DNA of 64,000 nucleotides from Escherichia coli (GTDB lineage Bacteria; Pseudomonadota; Gammaproteobacteria; Enterobacterales; Enterobacteriaceae): NCBI RefSeq assembly GCF_011045215.1, contig NZ_CP049201.1; one strand, 5' to 3'. Shown piece by piece: positions 9,113 to 19,949 of this stretch (position 1 is its first letter; each line of letters starts with the position of its first letter). The notes under the pieces were generated by a model. It saw only the letters and a program-made list of their open reading frames with translations, ran no database searches and was not told where the DNA came from. The position numbers and the translations under genes were made by a program.

Positions 9113-10786
9113 TTGTTCAGAATAATGAATTTACCTGTCGCGGCATGTTCAGCGACCAGCGCCGGACAGAAATATCACTTTCACTCAATTATTATGAAAA
9201 TTAATCTTCCGTTTATACACTGGCCGCGGATTTGCAATGATAAGCGCCTCGTGTTATCTGTGGCTGCCTTTACCCTTTCTAATCTCCTTGTTTCCTCCGG
9301 CGCACATCTGATCTACCGGGTGTTATTCTTTATACTGGCACTTCTTATTATTAAGGCAATGAAATCGCTTACGTTGCGTTTGATTCTGGCCTTTCCGTTC
9401 ACATTACTGACCGCGGCAGATATCAGTATCAGCCTGTATTCATGGTGTACATTTGGCACCACATTCAATGATGGTTTTGCAATCAGTATCCTACAGACAG
9501 ATCCTGATGAAGCAATAAGAATGTTCAGGATGTATGTCGTCTATGTTATTGCGTTTATTATCCTCTTTTTATTGTTCGTCTGTTCAGCAATAAATAAAAC
9601 GTCCTCATTGCCTTCGGGAAAGGTCACGGTAATTACATTTTTATTGTTAATTACAGTAACGTTATATTCTTCCTTTCAGTTTGCGTTGAAGAAACAGTAT
9701 CAAATAAATGAAGTTGATCCTTACATAGTCGCTTCCCGGTTTGCCACATATACCCCTTTCTTTAATCTGAACTATTTTGCACTGGCCGCAAAGGAGCATC
9801 AGAGATTAATGACGATTGCTGATACCATACCTCACTACGAGCTGATGATTACAGACAATAATATTGATGAATTTGTACTGATCATCGGTGAATCAGCAAG
9901 GACTGATAACATGTCCATTTACGGGTACTCGCGGCCAACCACACCAGAGCTTCAGAAACAGAAATCACGACTGAAACTGTTCACTCAGGCAATCAGCGGG
10001 GCACCTTATACCGCCCTTGCGGTACCGTTGGCATTATCTGCTGATACTGTGCTGCATCATGATGTTCGCCATTACCCCGATAATATTATCAACATGGCGA
10101 ATCAGGCAGGGTTCGATACCTGGTGGCTCAGTGCGCAGTCCGCTTTCCGACAGAACGGAACGGCTGTGGCCAGTATCGCCATGCGGGCCAGAAACAGAAT
10201 TTATGTCAGAGGCTATGATGAGTTGCTGCTCCCGCACCTGGCTGAAGCACTGAACAGTAATCCGGGGTGCAGGAAACTGATTGTTCTGCATCTGACGGGC
10301 AGCCATGAGCCAGTCTGCAGTAACTGGCCCAGAGATAAAGCCGTGTTTAAACCACTGGATACAGAAGAAGTCTGCTACGATAATTCCATTCATTATACCG
10401 ACAGTTTGTTGGGACAGGTTTTCGCCATGCTGGAAACGCGTCGGGCATCCGTCATGTATTTTTCAGATCATGGCCTGGAGTATGACCCGACAAAAGAACA
10501 CGTTTATTTTCATGGCGGAATAAAACCCAGCCAGCAGGCTTATCATGTTCCGATGTTTATCTGGTACAGCCCGGCACTGGGAGAGCATGTCGATCGCCAG
10601 ACGGTGAACAGCGTTTTTTCCACTGCGTATAATGATTATCTGATTAATGCATGGATGGGCGTAACCAGACCGGCTCAACCGAAAACACCAGAGGAGGTGA
10701 TTACCCGCTGGCAGAGGAAATCAGATGTTTTTGATGCAAATCATAACGTGTTTAATTACAAAGCATTACGAAATAGCTTTAAATGA
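9113..10786 (+). CDS. Phosphoethanolamine transferase family protein (EptA/OpgE/YhbX-like, sulfatase domain); true start may be the internal Met at ~9194
   Basis: N-terminal multi-TM region followed by a sulfatase-type domain with LIIGESARTDN, VLHLTGSHEP and YFSDHGLE motifs. Confidence 0.6.
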   Translation: MFRIMNLPVAACSATSAGQKYHFHSIIMKINLPFIHWPRICNDKRLVLSVAAFTLSNLLVSSGAHLIYRVLFFILALLIIKAMKSLTLRLILAFPFTLLTAADISISLYSWCTFGTTFNDGFAISILQTDPDEAIRMFRMYVVYVIAFIILFLLFVCSAINKTSSLPSGKVTVITFLLLITVTLYSSFQFALKKQYQINEVDPYIVASRFATYTPFFNLNYFALAAKEHQRLMTIADTIPHYELMITDNNIDEFVLIIGESARTDNMSIYGYSRPTTPELQKQKSRLKLFTQAISGAPYTALAVPLALSADTVLHHDVRHYPDNIINMANQAGFDTWWLSAQSAFRQNGTAVASIAMRARNRIYVRGYDELLLPHLAEALNSNPGCRKLIVLHLTGSHEPVCSNWPRDKAVFKPLDTEEVCYDNSIHYTDSLLGQVFAMLETRRASVMYFSDHGLEYDPTKEHVYFHGGIKPSQQAYHVPMFIWYSPALGEHVDRQTVNSVFSTAYNDYLINAWMGVTRPAQPKTPEEVITRWQRKSDVFDANHNVFNYKALRNSFK

Positions 10787-11246
10787 GACACCGGAGTAAT
10801 TTAATCCGCTTCATTACTCTCAAAGAAAAACGACCAGAAGATAATTTTCGGGTAACCACGCCGATAGACGGAAAGTTTAATGCGGTACTGGATTATATTG
10901 TTATGGAAGCCATTCGGGGTTACAGATAAGAGCGATATTAGTGAGGGGTACTACTCGCCGGGGCGGAATTCTTTAATTCCCGACGTTGGTGCTTCATAGT
11001 GCCGGATAAAACGGAATATCACAGGCAATCTGTCTGAAGATATTAATTTTTTGATGGTTAACAGCTGTTTTTTGCATCAAAAAAAGCACTGAAACTGCAG
11101 CTGACCCCGGCTGCAGTATGAAGGCACGATAAGGGATTTTGAGGTCTCCTTCGCGCAAATTAATGCGCCAGTGCTAAATCGGTTCCTATGTTCAGAGTGT
11201 AAAATTCATATATAATGGTTTAAATTTATTAAACAATGACTTCGTT

Positions 11247-12539
11247 TTAGTGTGATGAAATCAGTTTGTTGTTATGACTGTGATCATCTGTCTGTTTGTT
11301 GTCTTTTATCAGTATCCATAAGGCTGCAGCACCAATCAGGTCAAATACCGCCAGTGCAATAAAGAACGGTCCAAAGCCAATGATACTGACAAATGCACCA
11401 ATGAATAAATTAAAAATCAGCTGGCCAGACCATGCACATGCCCCGGCCATTCCGACAGCCGTTGCGACTTCATTCTTTTTAAACAGGTCTGCACCTAAAG
11501 TTGCAGCAACCGTAGAAAGTAATTGATGTGAGAACCCCCCAATACTGATTAATAAAACAGCAATATAGGGGTTTTCTATGATACTGACCAGACCGATAGT
11601 CGTCATCAGTATTGCACCAATAGTAAAAGTAATACGTCGTGAATTTATTAATGAAATTCCTTTTTCATTGAAGAATTTTGCAACAAATCCACTGGCAAGG
11701 CATCCTAAATCAGCCATGAGGAATGGAAGCCATACAAACATGGCGATTTCTTTCAGGCTGAAATGCAGTGTTTCGACAAAGAAAACAGGCACCCAGAAGT
11801 TAATAGTTCCCCATGCCGGGTCAGCTAAAAAGCGGGAAATACCGATTCCCCAAAAGTTTCTTTGTTTCAGGATGTTGATTACAGATGTTTTTTCTTTTTT
11901 GGCATTGTTCAGATGCTTTTCCTGACCATTTTCAATATATGAACGTTCTTCTGGGGAGAGGCGTTTTGCATCTTTTGGATCTTTATAGAAAATCAGCCAG
12001 ATAAATGCGGCTATTACAGCCAGTATACCAGCCACAATAAAAGCAAATTGCCAGCTGTGGAACATAATGCACCATGCAATCAAAGGCGGGGCTAACATGG
12101 CACCAAATGATGTCCCCATGTTAAATACACCAGTTGCGATGCCTCGTTCTTTTGCCGGAAACCATGTTGAGGCTGTTTTTACGCCCGCCGGAATAGCTGA
12201 AGCTTCACTAACGCCCATGATACCACGCATGAATGCCAGTCCCATCCAGGAGCCAGTCAGGGCGTGTCCCATCGTGGCTAATCCCCAGATAACTGCACAG
12301 ATAAAGAAGCCTAATTTAAGGCCGATATTATCAATAAAGAACCCCATAATTGGTTGACCTATTGTGTACGCCAGCTGGAATACACTTACAATCCAGGAAT
12401 ACTGTTCTTTAGAGATCCCTAAATCTGACATTATGGTTGGTGCCGCAACGCCAAGAGCGGTACGGTCAAGATAGTTAATGATAGTAATGAAACATACGAG
12501 AACAATCATATGCCATCTGTAGTGTTTTATATATTTCAT
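11247..12539 (-). CDS. MFS transporter (anion:cation symporter / hexuronate-type family)
   Basis: 430 aa, 12-TM pattern, N-terminal NYLDRTALGVAAP and GFFxD motifs typical of the ExuT/DgoT-like MFS subfamily. Confidence 0.6.
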   Translation of the reverse strand: MKYIKHYRWHMIVLVCFITIINYLDRTALGVAAPTIMSDLGISKEQYSWIVSVFQLAYTIGQPIMGFFIDNIGLKLGFFICAVIWGLATMGHALTGSWMGLAFMRGIMGVSEASAIPAGVKTASTWFPAKERGIATGVFNMGTSFGAMLAPPLIAWCIMFHSWQFAFIVAGILAVIAAFIWLIFYKDPKDAKRLSPEERSYIENGQEKHLNNAKKEKTSVINILKQRNFWGIGISRFLADPAWGTINFWVPVFFVETLHFSLKEIAMFVWLPFLMADLGCLASGFVAKFFNEKGISLINSRRITFTIGAILMTTIGLVSIIENPYIAVLLISIGGFSHQLLSTVAATLGADLFKKNEVATAVGMAGACAWSGQLIFNLFIGAFVSIIGFGPFFIALAVFDLIGAAALWILIKDNKQTDDHSHNNKLISSH

Positions 12540-12969
12540 ATATACCTCAAATGGTTAAGAAGGAGGCTTACAAGGTCACATGTTGTTCCAGATATTACCC
12601 GTTCCACGTTGTCATGAAAGTGATCAACCTCTTGCTTTTATTGGTTGACCAGTTAGTTGACATTGTTTTACGTATAATTACAAAACCAGTCATTCAGAAT
12701 ACATGAGAATATTTAACTGAACCCTGTGGTTTGCAATTGAGAATGGACTTTATCAAACCCGGGTGCTATGTAATGGCTCGCTGGAGGTCGTTTTAGCCAG
12801 GTTTTTATTGACGAGTTTTCTGTTAGTGGCGGGAATATGTACCAACCCCCCTGAAGTGGTCGGTTGATATGTGTGTGTCGCCGGCAGCGTGGGGTTGCGT
12901 TATTTTCGGGAACACAAAAAGTTTAATAACCTGTAATTGTTAATAGAAAGGGTGTTAAAAGTGAATGTG

Positions 12970-13161
12970 TTACGAGTATTTGTTAGAATTATTGGCGTTC
13001 AGGTGGGGGATTTGCCCCTGTATTTCCAGACATCTGTTATCACTTAACCCATTACTGGTCCGCTGCCGCAGATATTCCTGTGGTGAGCGGTAGTTTGGTG
13101 CACTATGTGGATGCCATCCGTTATAGTGCATGAACGCCTTCGTAAGATTCTTTGCTGCCAT
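12970..13161 (-). mobile_element. IS3-family transposase C-terminal remnant
   Basis: Translation contains [19 protein letters not shown], matching the conserved C-terminal YNxxRPHSxLxYxSPxE motif of IS3-family OrfB; no full transposase present. Confidence 0.4.
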
Positions 13162-13490
13162 TAGCCTGTCTGGTTGAGCATTATACAGATGTTGTTACAC
13201 TTCAGCGTTTTCATGAACCTTTCTGTTATTCCATTGCTTTGAGAGCCTCTAATTGCTGTTGTACAAGGCTCATAGCTCAGTTATGTCATTAACTTCTGTG
13301 TTTCATCAGTAAGAGCCAGGTGATTACGTAGTTCATCTTTCTACCGATGGATTGGTTGCCGTATAAAGGAGCTTATCAACAAAGCACTGTTCCTCTATGT
13401 CAGCGCGACGATGCAGTGCTATGGCACTTTCCCAAACTTCCATTTCTGATTGTTCCAGTAACGCCAGTTACCTGTCACTATTTTTATGAA

Positions 13491-13745
13491 TTCGATAAGA
13501 AATCTTCATCATATATGATCGATTTTACCGATCGATATGATCGCATTGATCGGTTGTAACCATTTTACCCTGTCTTTTGAGTGGTTTTAAAATAGGCAAC
13601 CTTATTTATCGAGTAGGGTAAGAACCAACGGAGATGATTGAAATGAAAAAGATTTTTCGACTTCAGCATTTACAATGGTAAGTATGCTTTCAGCCCTGGC
13701 TCTGGCAGATGAGGGTAAAACAGAGCTCTGTGTGGCAGAAAAGGC
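13491..13745 (+). repeat. Direct repeat copy 2: tia/hek upstream region plus degenerate 5' gene remnant
   Basis: Matches 3452-3700 with scattered mismatches; the coding part is disrupted shortly after atgattgaaatgaaaaag. Confidence 0.55.
13634..13745 (+). pseudogene. tia/hek-like gene 5' remnant
   Basis: Same start context as the intact gene at 3591 (MIEMKK...) but the frame breaks and similarity is lost after ~110 bp. Confidence 0.45.
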
Positions 13746-13946
13746 AGGTATACCTGTCATCACTGTGTATATTTCGGCACCGGAAGTATCGTATAGTGAA
13801 TGCAATATCAGGAGGCGTCTGGTCTACGAAGATATATCAAAGCGGGAAGTCTGAGAATGTATTAAATACCACTCAAAAAGAGTGGATGTGTTGTTTCAAT
13901 GATAAATGTTTCGTAGAGTGGTTTTATATTTTACGAGGAACTGAGT

Positions 13947-14300
13947 ATGGGATTCTGGGATGTTGTTACAGGTCTTGGTAAATCTGCGTCTAATGTGGTT
14001 TCTGAAAGGATGAAAGCAAATTATTGGGATATGTGGAACAAAATAAAGTCCTCTCCGGTGGACAGAATTAATGATTTTTATAATCAGAATAACACAAATG
14101 ATTGTAATCGCGCTTCATACAGAGGGTTGGCAATTGCTGCTTTACATTACAGAGGTGACTGGAATTGTGCCCGCTTATGGCGTGAGGATCGGGATGCGGC
14201 AAACTGGTTAAAAAGTTTTAGAGTGAAAATTTCATTGGATACTTCTGTTTCAGCAGATGAATTACGCAGGATAATTGATCGCCTTGCAGAACAGGGGTAA
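13947..14300 (+). CDS. Hypothetical protein
   Basis: 117-aa ORF between the tia remnant and the second zinc-ribbon gene; no recognisable motif. Confidence 0.3.
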   Translation: MGFWDVVTGLGKSASNVVSERMKANYWDMWNKIKSSPVDRINDFYNQNNTNDCNRASYRGLAIAALHYRGDWNCARLWREDRDAANWLKSFRVKISLDTSVSADELRRIIDRLAEQG

Positions 14301-14407
14301 TGGATTATATTCTTATTCTACTGATACATGCCGGAATATGGACGAATCAGAGGCTCTGGTACCCGGAGAAGAGGTATCAGACCTTAAAGTACACATAAAG
14401 GGACGTC

Positions 14408-14617
14408 ATGATGTGGTATTTTCCCCCGTCTGTATTTATTTGTCATGAATGCAACTGGAAAAAGACGGTTTCCAGTACCGGAGATGTACTGACAGAGGTA
14501 GATAATATATTTACCGTGTGTCCCGTATATGGAAGTGAACTTGTTGAAAGGCGTAGGGCGATTCCAGTGGAAGTCTTTTTTTCTATTTTTAACAGCGTAT
14601 TCCCCTTTAAATATTAA
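14408..14617 (+). CDS. Small zinc-ribbon protein, paralog of 4356..4616 (second Cys pair partly degenerate)
   Basis: FICHECNWKKT core shared with the ORF at 4356; downstream CPVYG instead of CPQCGG. Confidence 0.4.
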   Translation: MMWYFPPSVFICHECNWKKTVSSTGDVLTEVDNIFTVCPVYGSELVERRRAIPVEVFFSIFNSVFPFKY

Positions 14618-14650
14618 TTAATCTCTGATGTTCACCTGGTGTATTGATGT

Positions 14651-15313
14651 ATGATTGATGCTAAAAATATGCTCACTGAATCAAAACTTATAAAGTTTCT
14701 GGATTATGCTTATGATAAGTCTGTTGAGGGGATTGGTGTTCCCGGAATAGATACTGCACACAGTCTTGCGGAAAGTTACCTGAAAACAAAAGGGACATTA
14801 AAAGAACAGATTAACTGCCTTATTCGCTGGCAGAATACCAAATCTGCCACGTCAGGTTTTCTTACCGGACTTGGTGGTGTGATGACATTACCAGTAGTGA
14901 TACCGGTTAACATTTCAGGTATTCTTTTCCTGCAGGTCAGAATGGTGGTGTCAATTGCGATTATGTGTGGTCAGGATATTCGAGATGATAGAGTCAGAAC
15001 AATTGTCTATACATGTCTTGTGGGCAATGCTGCTAAAGATATTCTGAAGGAAGCTGGTATTCAGATAGGCCAGAAGTTAACAACAAGTGCAATTAAAAGT
15101 ATAAGTAAGGAGATTATTGTAAAAATAAATAAGGCAGTAGGCTTCAGATTGATGACAAAAACAGGTTCTACTGGTGTCATCAATTTGTCAAAGTTTGTTC
15201 CGGTTGTGGGGGGGATTGTTGGTGGTGGTTTTGATGCAATAACAACAAATATTATCGGGAATTATGCAAGAGATACATTTCTGAGTCTGGCAGATAATTA
15301 TTCCTGTGGTTAA
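14651..15313 (+). CDS. EcsC-family protein
   Basis: 220 aa with a glycine-rich hydrophobic core (FLTGLGGVMTLPVVIPVNISGILFLQVRMV...) resembling EcsC-family proteins; assignment from memory. Confidence 0.45.
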   Translation: MIDAKNMLTESKLIKFLDYAYDKSVEGIGVPGIDTAHSLAESYLKTKGTLKEQINCLIRWQNTKSATSGFLTGLGGVMTLPVVIPVNISGILFLQVRMVVSIAIMCGQDIRDDRVRTIVYTCLVGNAAKDILKEAGIQIGQKLTTSAIKSISKEIIVKINKAVGFRLMTKTGSTGVINLSKFVPVVGGIVGGGFDAITTNIIGNYARDTFLSLADNYSCG

Positions 15314-15678
15314 TATTTGCTCATTCTGGCCGGGGTATTTCGGTATACCCTGAGATATGAAATAAACATAATCCCGTGGAGGTATGAAAAATACAGGGAG
15401 AATTGAACGCCAGGTTTCCCGGGAAGGAGCGGTTGACAGGGTATTCCCCGGGGCTTCTTCCCTGTCGAACCGGTCCGTCTGGTAGATTGTCAGCGTAATG
15501 TGCAGCTTTTTTCATAGTTACAGAAATGAGGTCTGTCCATTTTTTGTAAGACATCTCTTTTCCTGAGAGGTCAGTGACCAGATGACAGCCAGAAATTCAG
15601 AAAGTAAATCTGAAAATAAAGAATGAGAAATTATATGTTCTGTTACTGACATTCTGTTGAATACCTGTAATGTATGAC

Positions 15679-17061
15679 TTATGCCATCTCTGAAAAGACA
15701 ACTTTATTACGCCCGGATGATTTCGCTTTATATAAGGCATTATCAGTAGCATTATAGATATCAGATGCGTTAAGTGATTTATCTCGTATCAGAGTAACGC
15801 CAATACTAATGGTGACCCCACCGGGGATATTGTAGAGTGTTGTATTATTTGTCTGGGTTTCGACATGTCTGCGAAGTCTTTCCGCTAATATTTTTATTTT
15901 TGATGGATCCATATTATTAATAATAATACCAAACTCTTCTCCTCCGAGACGTGACAGAATATCTGTTGTGCGGATGCCTTGTTTTAATATATCGACAACA
16001 GCCAGAATGACTCTGTCACCAGCAGGATGTCCCCATGTATCATTAACTGATTTAAAGTGATCGATATCAATAATAAAGACACCGGATGAATATGTATCTC
16101 CTGTTGAGAGAAGTTCGTTTATTTTTTCAAAGAAAAAATTTCTGTTATATATTTTTGTCATTGGGTCGAGGTTGCTTAATTGTTTTGTTGATTTCAGAAC
16201 TTTAAATATGTGATATATGAAAACAGAAACAACAATTAATTTACTGAACATTTCTGCCATTCGGCTGAGATACCAGAGATGCATATGCCCGTCAACAATA
16301 AACAAAACGAAAACATTATAAAAAACAGCCGAGACGGCAATCAGTAATATCCCCTTCCATATATCATTGTTTACCGCTCTGGTATAAAAAAGCGAAAAAA
16401 CCAGTCCCAGCCATAAAAAAACAATAAATTTAATGTATGTTTCAATATGGACAAAATCAAATTTGTATAAAGCAGTTTCAGTTATATTCGGGAAGAAGTA
16501 TTGATGGCTAATCAGATATGATATTACAGGTAGTATTATCATACAGGCAAAACAAATCAAAAAAATCGTTTTATTACCGGCAATCATTGCGGTATTTTTT
16601 CTTCGGTTTCTGACACACAATGCCAGATATATAATCAGGCAAAAGCTCAGTTGTCTGAAGAAATAATGGACCATGATTGAATTATGTATGCTTACTACAG
16701 ATACAGTATCACTTTCGTATTGTTGAACAATTATTATTGTCAGAACAAGATATATAATACAACTGAAGAAAGCCAGCCCAAGAATACAATGCGAGAAGTT
16801 ATTTCGGTCATAGATAAAATAAAGTTGCATAAAGAGGAAAGCAATGATGTTTATAAAAAATAAAGCCACCATCATCATTAAATAAGTTGATTGTGTTATA
16901 ATGTGGTAATGTCCGGGTGAAAGGGGATAAAGGGTTCCATTATTGATAATAATAAGACAAAATCCGAGTAAGATACAGAAAATAACAGCAGAAATACTGC
17001 AGAGATATTCCTTTTTCATAACATACTTACGTCCATGCTTAATCCTGTATCTAAAATACAT
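15679..17061 (-). CDS. Membrane-anchored diguanylate cyclase (GGDEF domain)
   Basis: N-terminal multi-TM region followed by a GGDEF domain (RNFFFEKINELL ... IDIDHFKSVNDTWGHPAGDRVI ... RLGGEEFGII); start may be the internal Met 14 codons downstream. Confidence 0.65.
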   Translation of the reverse strand: MYFRYRIKHGRKYVMKKEYLCSISAVIFCILLGFCLIIINNGTLYPLSPGHYHIITQSTYLMMMVALFFINIIAFLFMQLYFIYDRNNFSHCILGLAFFSCIIYLVLTIIIVQQYESDTVSVVSIHNSIMVHYFFRQLSFCLIIYLALCVRNRRKNTAMIAGNKTIFLICFACMIILPVISYLISHQYFFPNITETALYKFDFVHIETYIKFIVFLWLGLVFSLFYTRAVNNDIWKGILLIAVSAVFYNVFVLFIVDGHMHLWYLSRMAEMFSKLIVVSVFIYHIFKVLKSTKQLSNLDPMTKIYNRNFFFEKINELLSTGDTYSSGVFIIDIDHFKSVNDTWGHPAGDRVILAVVDILKQGIRTTDILSRLGGEEFGIIINNMDPSKIKILAERLRRHVETQTNNTTLYNIPGGVTISIGVTLIRDKSLNASDIYNATDNALYKAKSSGRNKVVFSEMA

Positions 17062-17402
17062 AAAATCATGGTGTTGTCAATAGCCAGTGTATCTGCCGGA
17101 ATGGCCGGAAGTTACGTTAATACGTGATGAAATAAATCCGCATAAAGATTATGCTGGTTTTATATAAAGAATTCTAATCATTGATTGTAATAGAAAGGAG
17201 AGACGATTCACCACTATCGGGTGGGGCGGAGTTTAATCCAGGCTATAAAGTATTACGAAAACTTTTAAATGAGAATCAGGATTAATTTACTTTGTTATCT
17301 TTTCCCTGGTACTTAATCCATCTCCCCCATCAGACGGTCAGTCTGGGGGGATTATTGACAGACTTGCGCGTTATTTGTATGTAGAGTGCTCTGACGTAAT
17401 AT

Positions 17403-18443
17403 CTACTGATACCGAAAATTTGTATGCTTTATCCCGACTGAAAACGGAAGTATCCAGGGCCAGACATATTCCCCCTTCATATTCCTGCATTTTTGTATAA
17501 TTTCCTCTGAAAGTCTGTCATCGATTCTTTTCCGTAATTCGTCCTGTTGTCTGAAAATATTTTCGCATATTTCGAAATCATCTTCCTGCATCAGCATTTC
17601 TGCGCATTTAATTATTTCTGCCCGTTCACATAGTACAGAGGAATGATTGTATAGCCAGTTTATAAACAGCAATACTTCCGGATGTTCTCTCCATAATGGG
17701 TGATATGTTGCATAATAGTCTTCAGCAGTATCCGGACCGCCTGAAAAGTCATACCATATCGCAAGAGGAAATGGATGCAGATTTCCGCACAGTATTTCTG
17801 CGATGTAAGTATTTGCCGTAAAGCCACGACGAAATGCAGTTGCAGCTTTTTCCAGTTCCCCATTAAGAAAATGCAGAAGGCCGAGTTCATACCAGTAAGG
17901 TGAAAATTCATCAGCGTACTCATTCAGTACACGGAAAGCTCGCTCATGATCACCTGTTCGTAACAGTTCTGAACCCAACAACCAGCGGGTACCCTGATTA
18001 TCTTCAGGATTGTATGCCAGTATTTTCTCAATGAGCATGATGGCATCCTGATGACGTTGTAAATGTACATTTGCCAGGATTGCTGCATAAAGCGCGCGCA
18101 GATAAGGCCGGTTTTCGGGATGCATCCAGATGATTTCACCACTGAAACTTTCCGGGATGAGACGATTACCTGCCGCCAGTCCTTTAAGAGCGGCGTTCAG
18201 TGCCTTACGCGGGGCATTCTGCTCCAGAAATGCATATGCCAGATGAGCGTGTATATCAATAAAGTCAGGCTCCTGTTGAGCAAGGCGTCTGAGTTTGTTG
18301 ATGTAACTCGCCTCACTGATTTCACCAGTATCGTATGTATCAAGCAGTTTTTCAAACTCCCCCGGTAATGGGCAAAACCAGGTATCCGGAAATACGAAAC
18401 GACCCTGGTTATCGTTCACTTCAAAGCGTAATCTGTCGTTCAT
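17403..18443 (-). CDS. TPR-like helical repeat protein, function unknown
   Basis: 346-aa ORF with helical repeat character; no catalytic motif recognised. Confidence 0.4.
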   Translation of the reverse strand: MNDRLRFEVNDNQGRFVFPDTWFCPLPGEFEKLLDTYDTGEISEASYINKLRRLAQQEPDFIDIHAHLAYAFLEQNAPRKALNAALKGLAAGNRLIPESFSGEIIWMHPENRPYLRALYAAILANVHLQRHQDAIMLIEKILAYNPEDNQGTRWLLGSELLRTGDHERAFRVLNEYADEFSPYWYELGLLHFLNGELEKAATAFRRGFTANTYIAEILCGNLHPFPLAIWYDFSGGPDTAEDYYATYHPLWREHPEVLLFINWLYNHSSVLCERAEIIKCAEMLMQEDDFEICENIFRQQDELRKRIDDRLSEEIIQKCRNMKGEYVWPWILPFSVGIKHTNFRYQ

Positions 18444-18777
18444 TTTCTGAGTCTGTAAAACGGATGGAACACAATCTGAAAAGCATAAAAGTCGTGAGGT
18501 TGTGTATCAAGCCCTCACGTTCTGAATAATAATTATTCACTGTGTGTACCCGTCGGATAAAGTTGTACTGGCAGGGCAATACAATACGAAAGAATATTGA
18601 TGCGATTTGTGTTCTTGACCCGTTATCTCCTGACAGGTTGATATGATTTCTCTGCCTGTATGCCAGTCGTGACATTGTGCTACAACCATAAAGAATTATC
18701 GTTGTCCCCGCGATCACTGTCTTTTGGGGACAACGAGATAACAAGTTTGTACATAAAACAGCCACCGGATATTTTGA

Positions 18778-19539
18778 TTATACGCTGACCTGTATACTCC
18801 GTTGGGCAGATGGTCTGTTTTCTACAGACATTGTTTGATTGATGAACATCTGGCAGGGGGTAATACCATAATACTGTCTGAAAACACTGATAAAGTATGC
18901 AGTACTGGCATAACCACACCGTATTGAAATCTGATTCACTGACAGTTTACTGAAAACAAGTTGTCGGGCGTTATGCATACGTATATCCAGCAGAATCTGA
19001 GAAAAAGAAGTTTTTTCCTCCCGAAGTTTTCGTTTCAGTAAGCTTTCACTCATGTAAAGGGCATTGCTGATATCTTTCATTTTCCATGCCCGCGATGGAC
19101 TGGAGCAGATAATATATCCGACCTTAAGTGTAATGGAATTTATACATTTCAATAACAGAGGCATGAAACCTCTGTGTGTGGCGAAAATGGAAAGGCAGGC
19201 AAAATACATTTGTTCGGAGAATTTTTGTGGCAATGTGTTGCACCGACTGAGATTTATCACGACATCGTGTAGCAGGGTGGGAAGAGTGAAGGATGTTTTA
19301 ATGAAGGGGACAGGAAGCGGAGTATCGGAGTACTGGAGTCTGTCGGTACTTTCCAGGTATTTTCTGACAATGCATTCGTCAATACGGAGTTCAGTAACAT
19401 TACCGGGGTGGTACAGGAAAAGGGATTTACTGACATCATCTGTCAACAGAACGTCGTTTTTCTGAAAAAAGAACCTTTTTCCGGCAAAATCTGTCTCAAA
19501 CGGGTGGTTAACAAGAATAACGGAACAGACAAACATCAC
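18778..19539 (-). CDS. AraC-family transcriptional regulator
   Basis: C-terminal AraC-type HTH (...NQISIRCGYASTAYFISVFRQYYGITPCQ...); size and context resemble island-borne Rns/AggR-like regulators. Confidence 0.6.
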   Translation of the reverse strand: MMFVCSVILVNHPFETDFAGKRFFFQKNDVLLTDDVSKSLFLYHPGNVTELRIDECIVRKYLESTDRLQYSDTPLPVPFIKTSFTLPTLLHDVVINLSRCNTLPQKFSEQMYFACLSIFATHRGFMPLLLKCINSITLKVGYIICSSPSRAWKMKDISNALYMSESLLKRKLREEKTSFSQILLDIRMHNARQLVFSKLSVNQISIRCGYASTAYFISVFRQYYGITPCQMFINQTMSVENRPSAQRSIQVSV

Positions 19540-19949
19540 ACTGACTCCCTGATTGGCATAAAAACAGTGATATCAAAAGACTAGACGCTTTTTCAGGAAA
19601 AATCTTAATTTATCCTGGAATTACTCTGACTGGTCCGGGAGAATAGTGTCTGAGTCAGCAAAGGCTGTGTTGCCAGTTTGTAATACGGCAGATGGTGGTG
19701 CGGTAAGTAACTGATGGCCCCTTACCTCTTTATGCAACGAATTGGTTCAGTTTGTTTTATTCAGATACCTGAGTTGCAGTAAATCTCAGAAAGAGAAATG
19801 AGAGTTCCTGATGGTATCAGGCTAAATAAATATTTGTTGTGGCAGGTGCTCTTCCCTACTGGAAGAGCAAGTATGTAAATGGCGTTCTGTGACTTTCTTA
19901 GCGGATTGTTAACCTTTGTATATTCAAACAGACTGATACGTTTTCTCTC

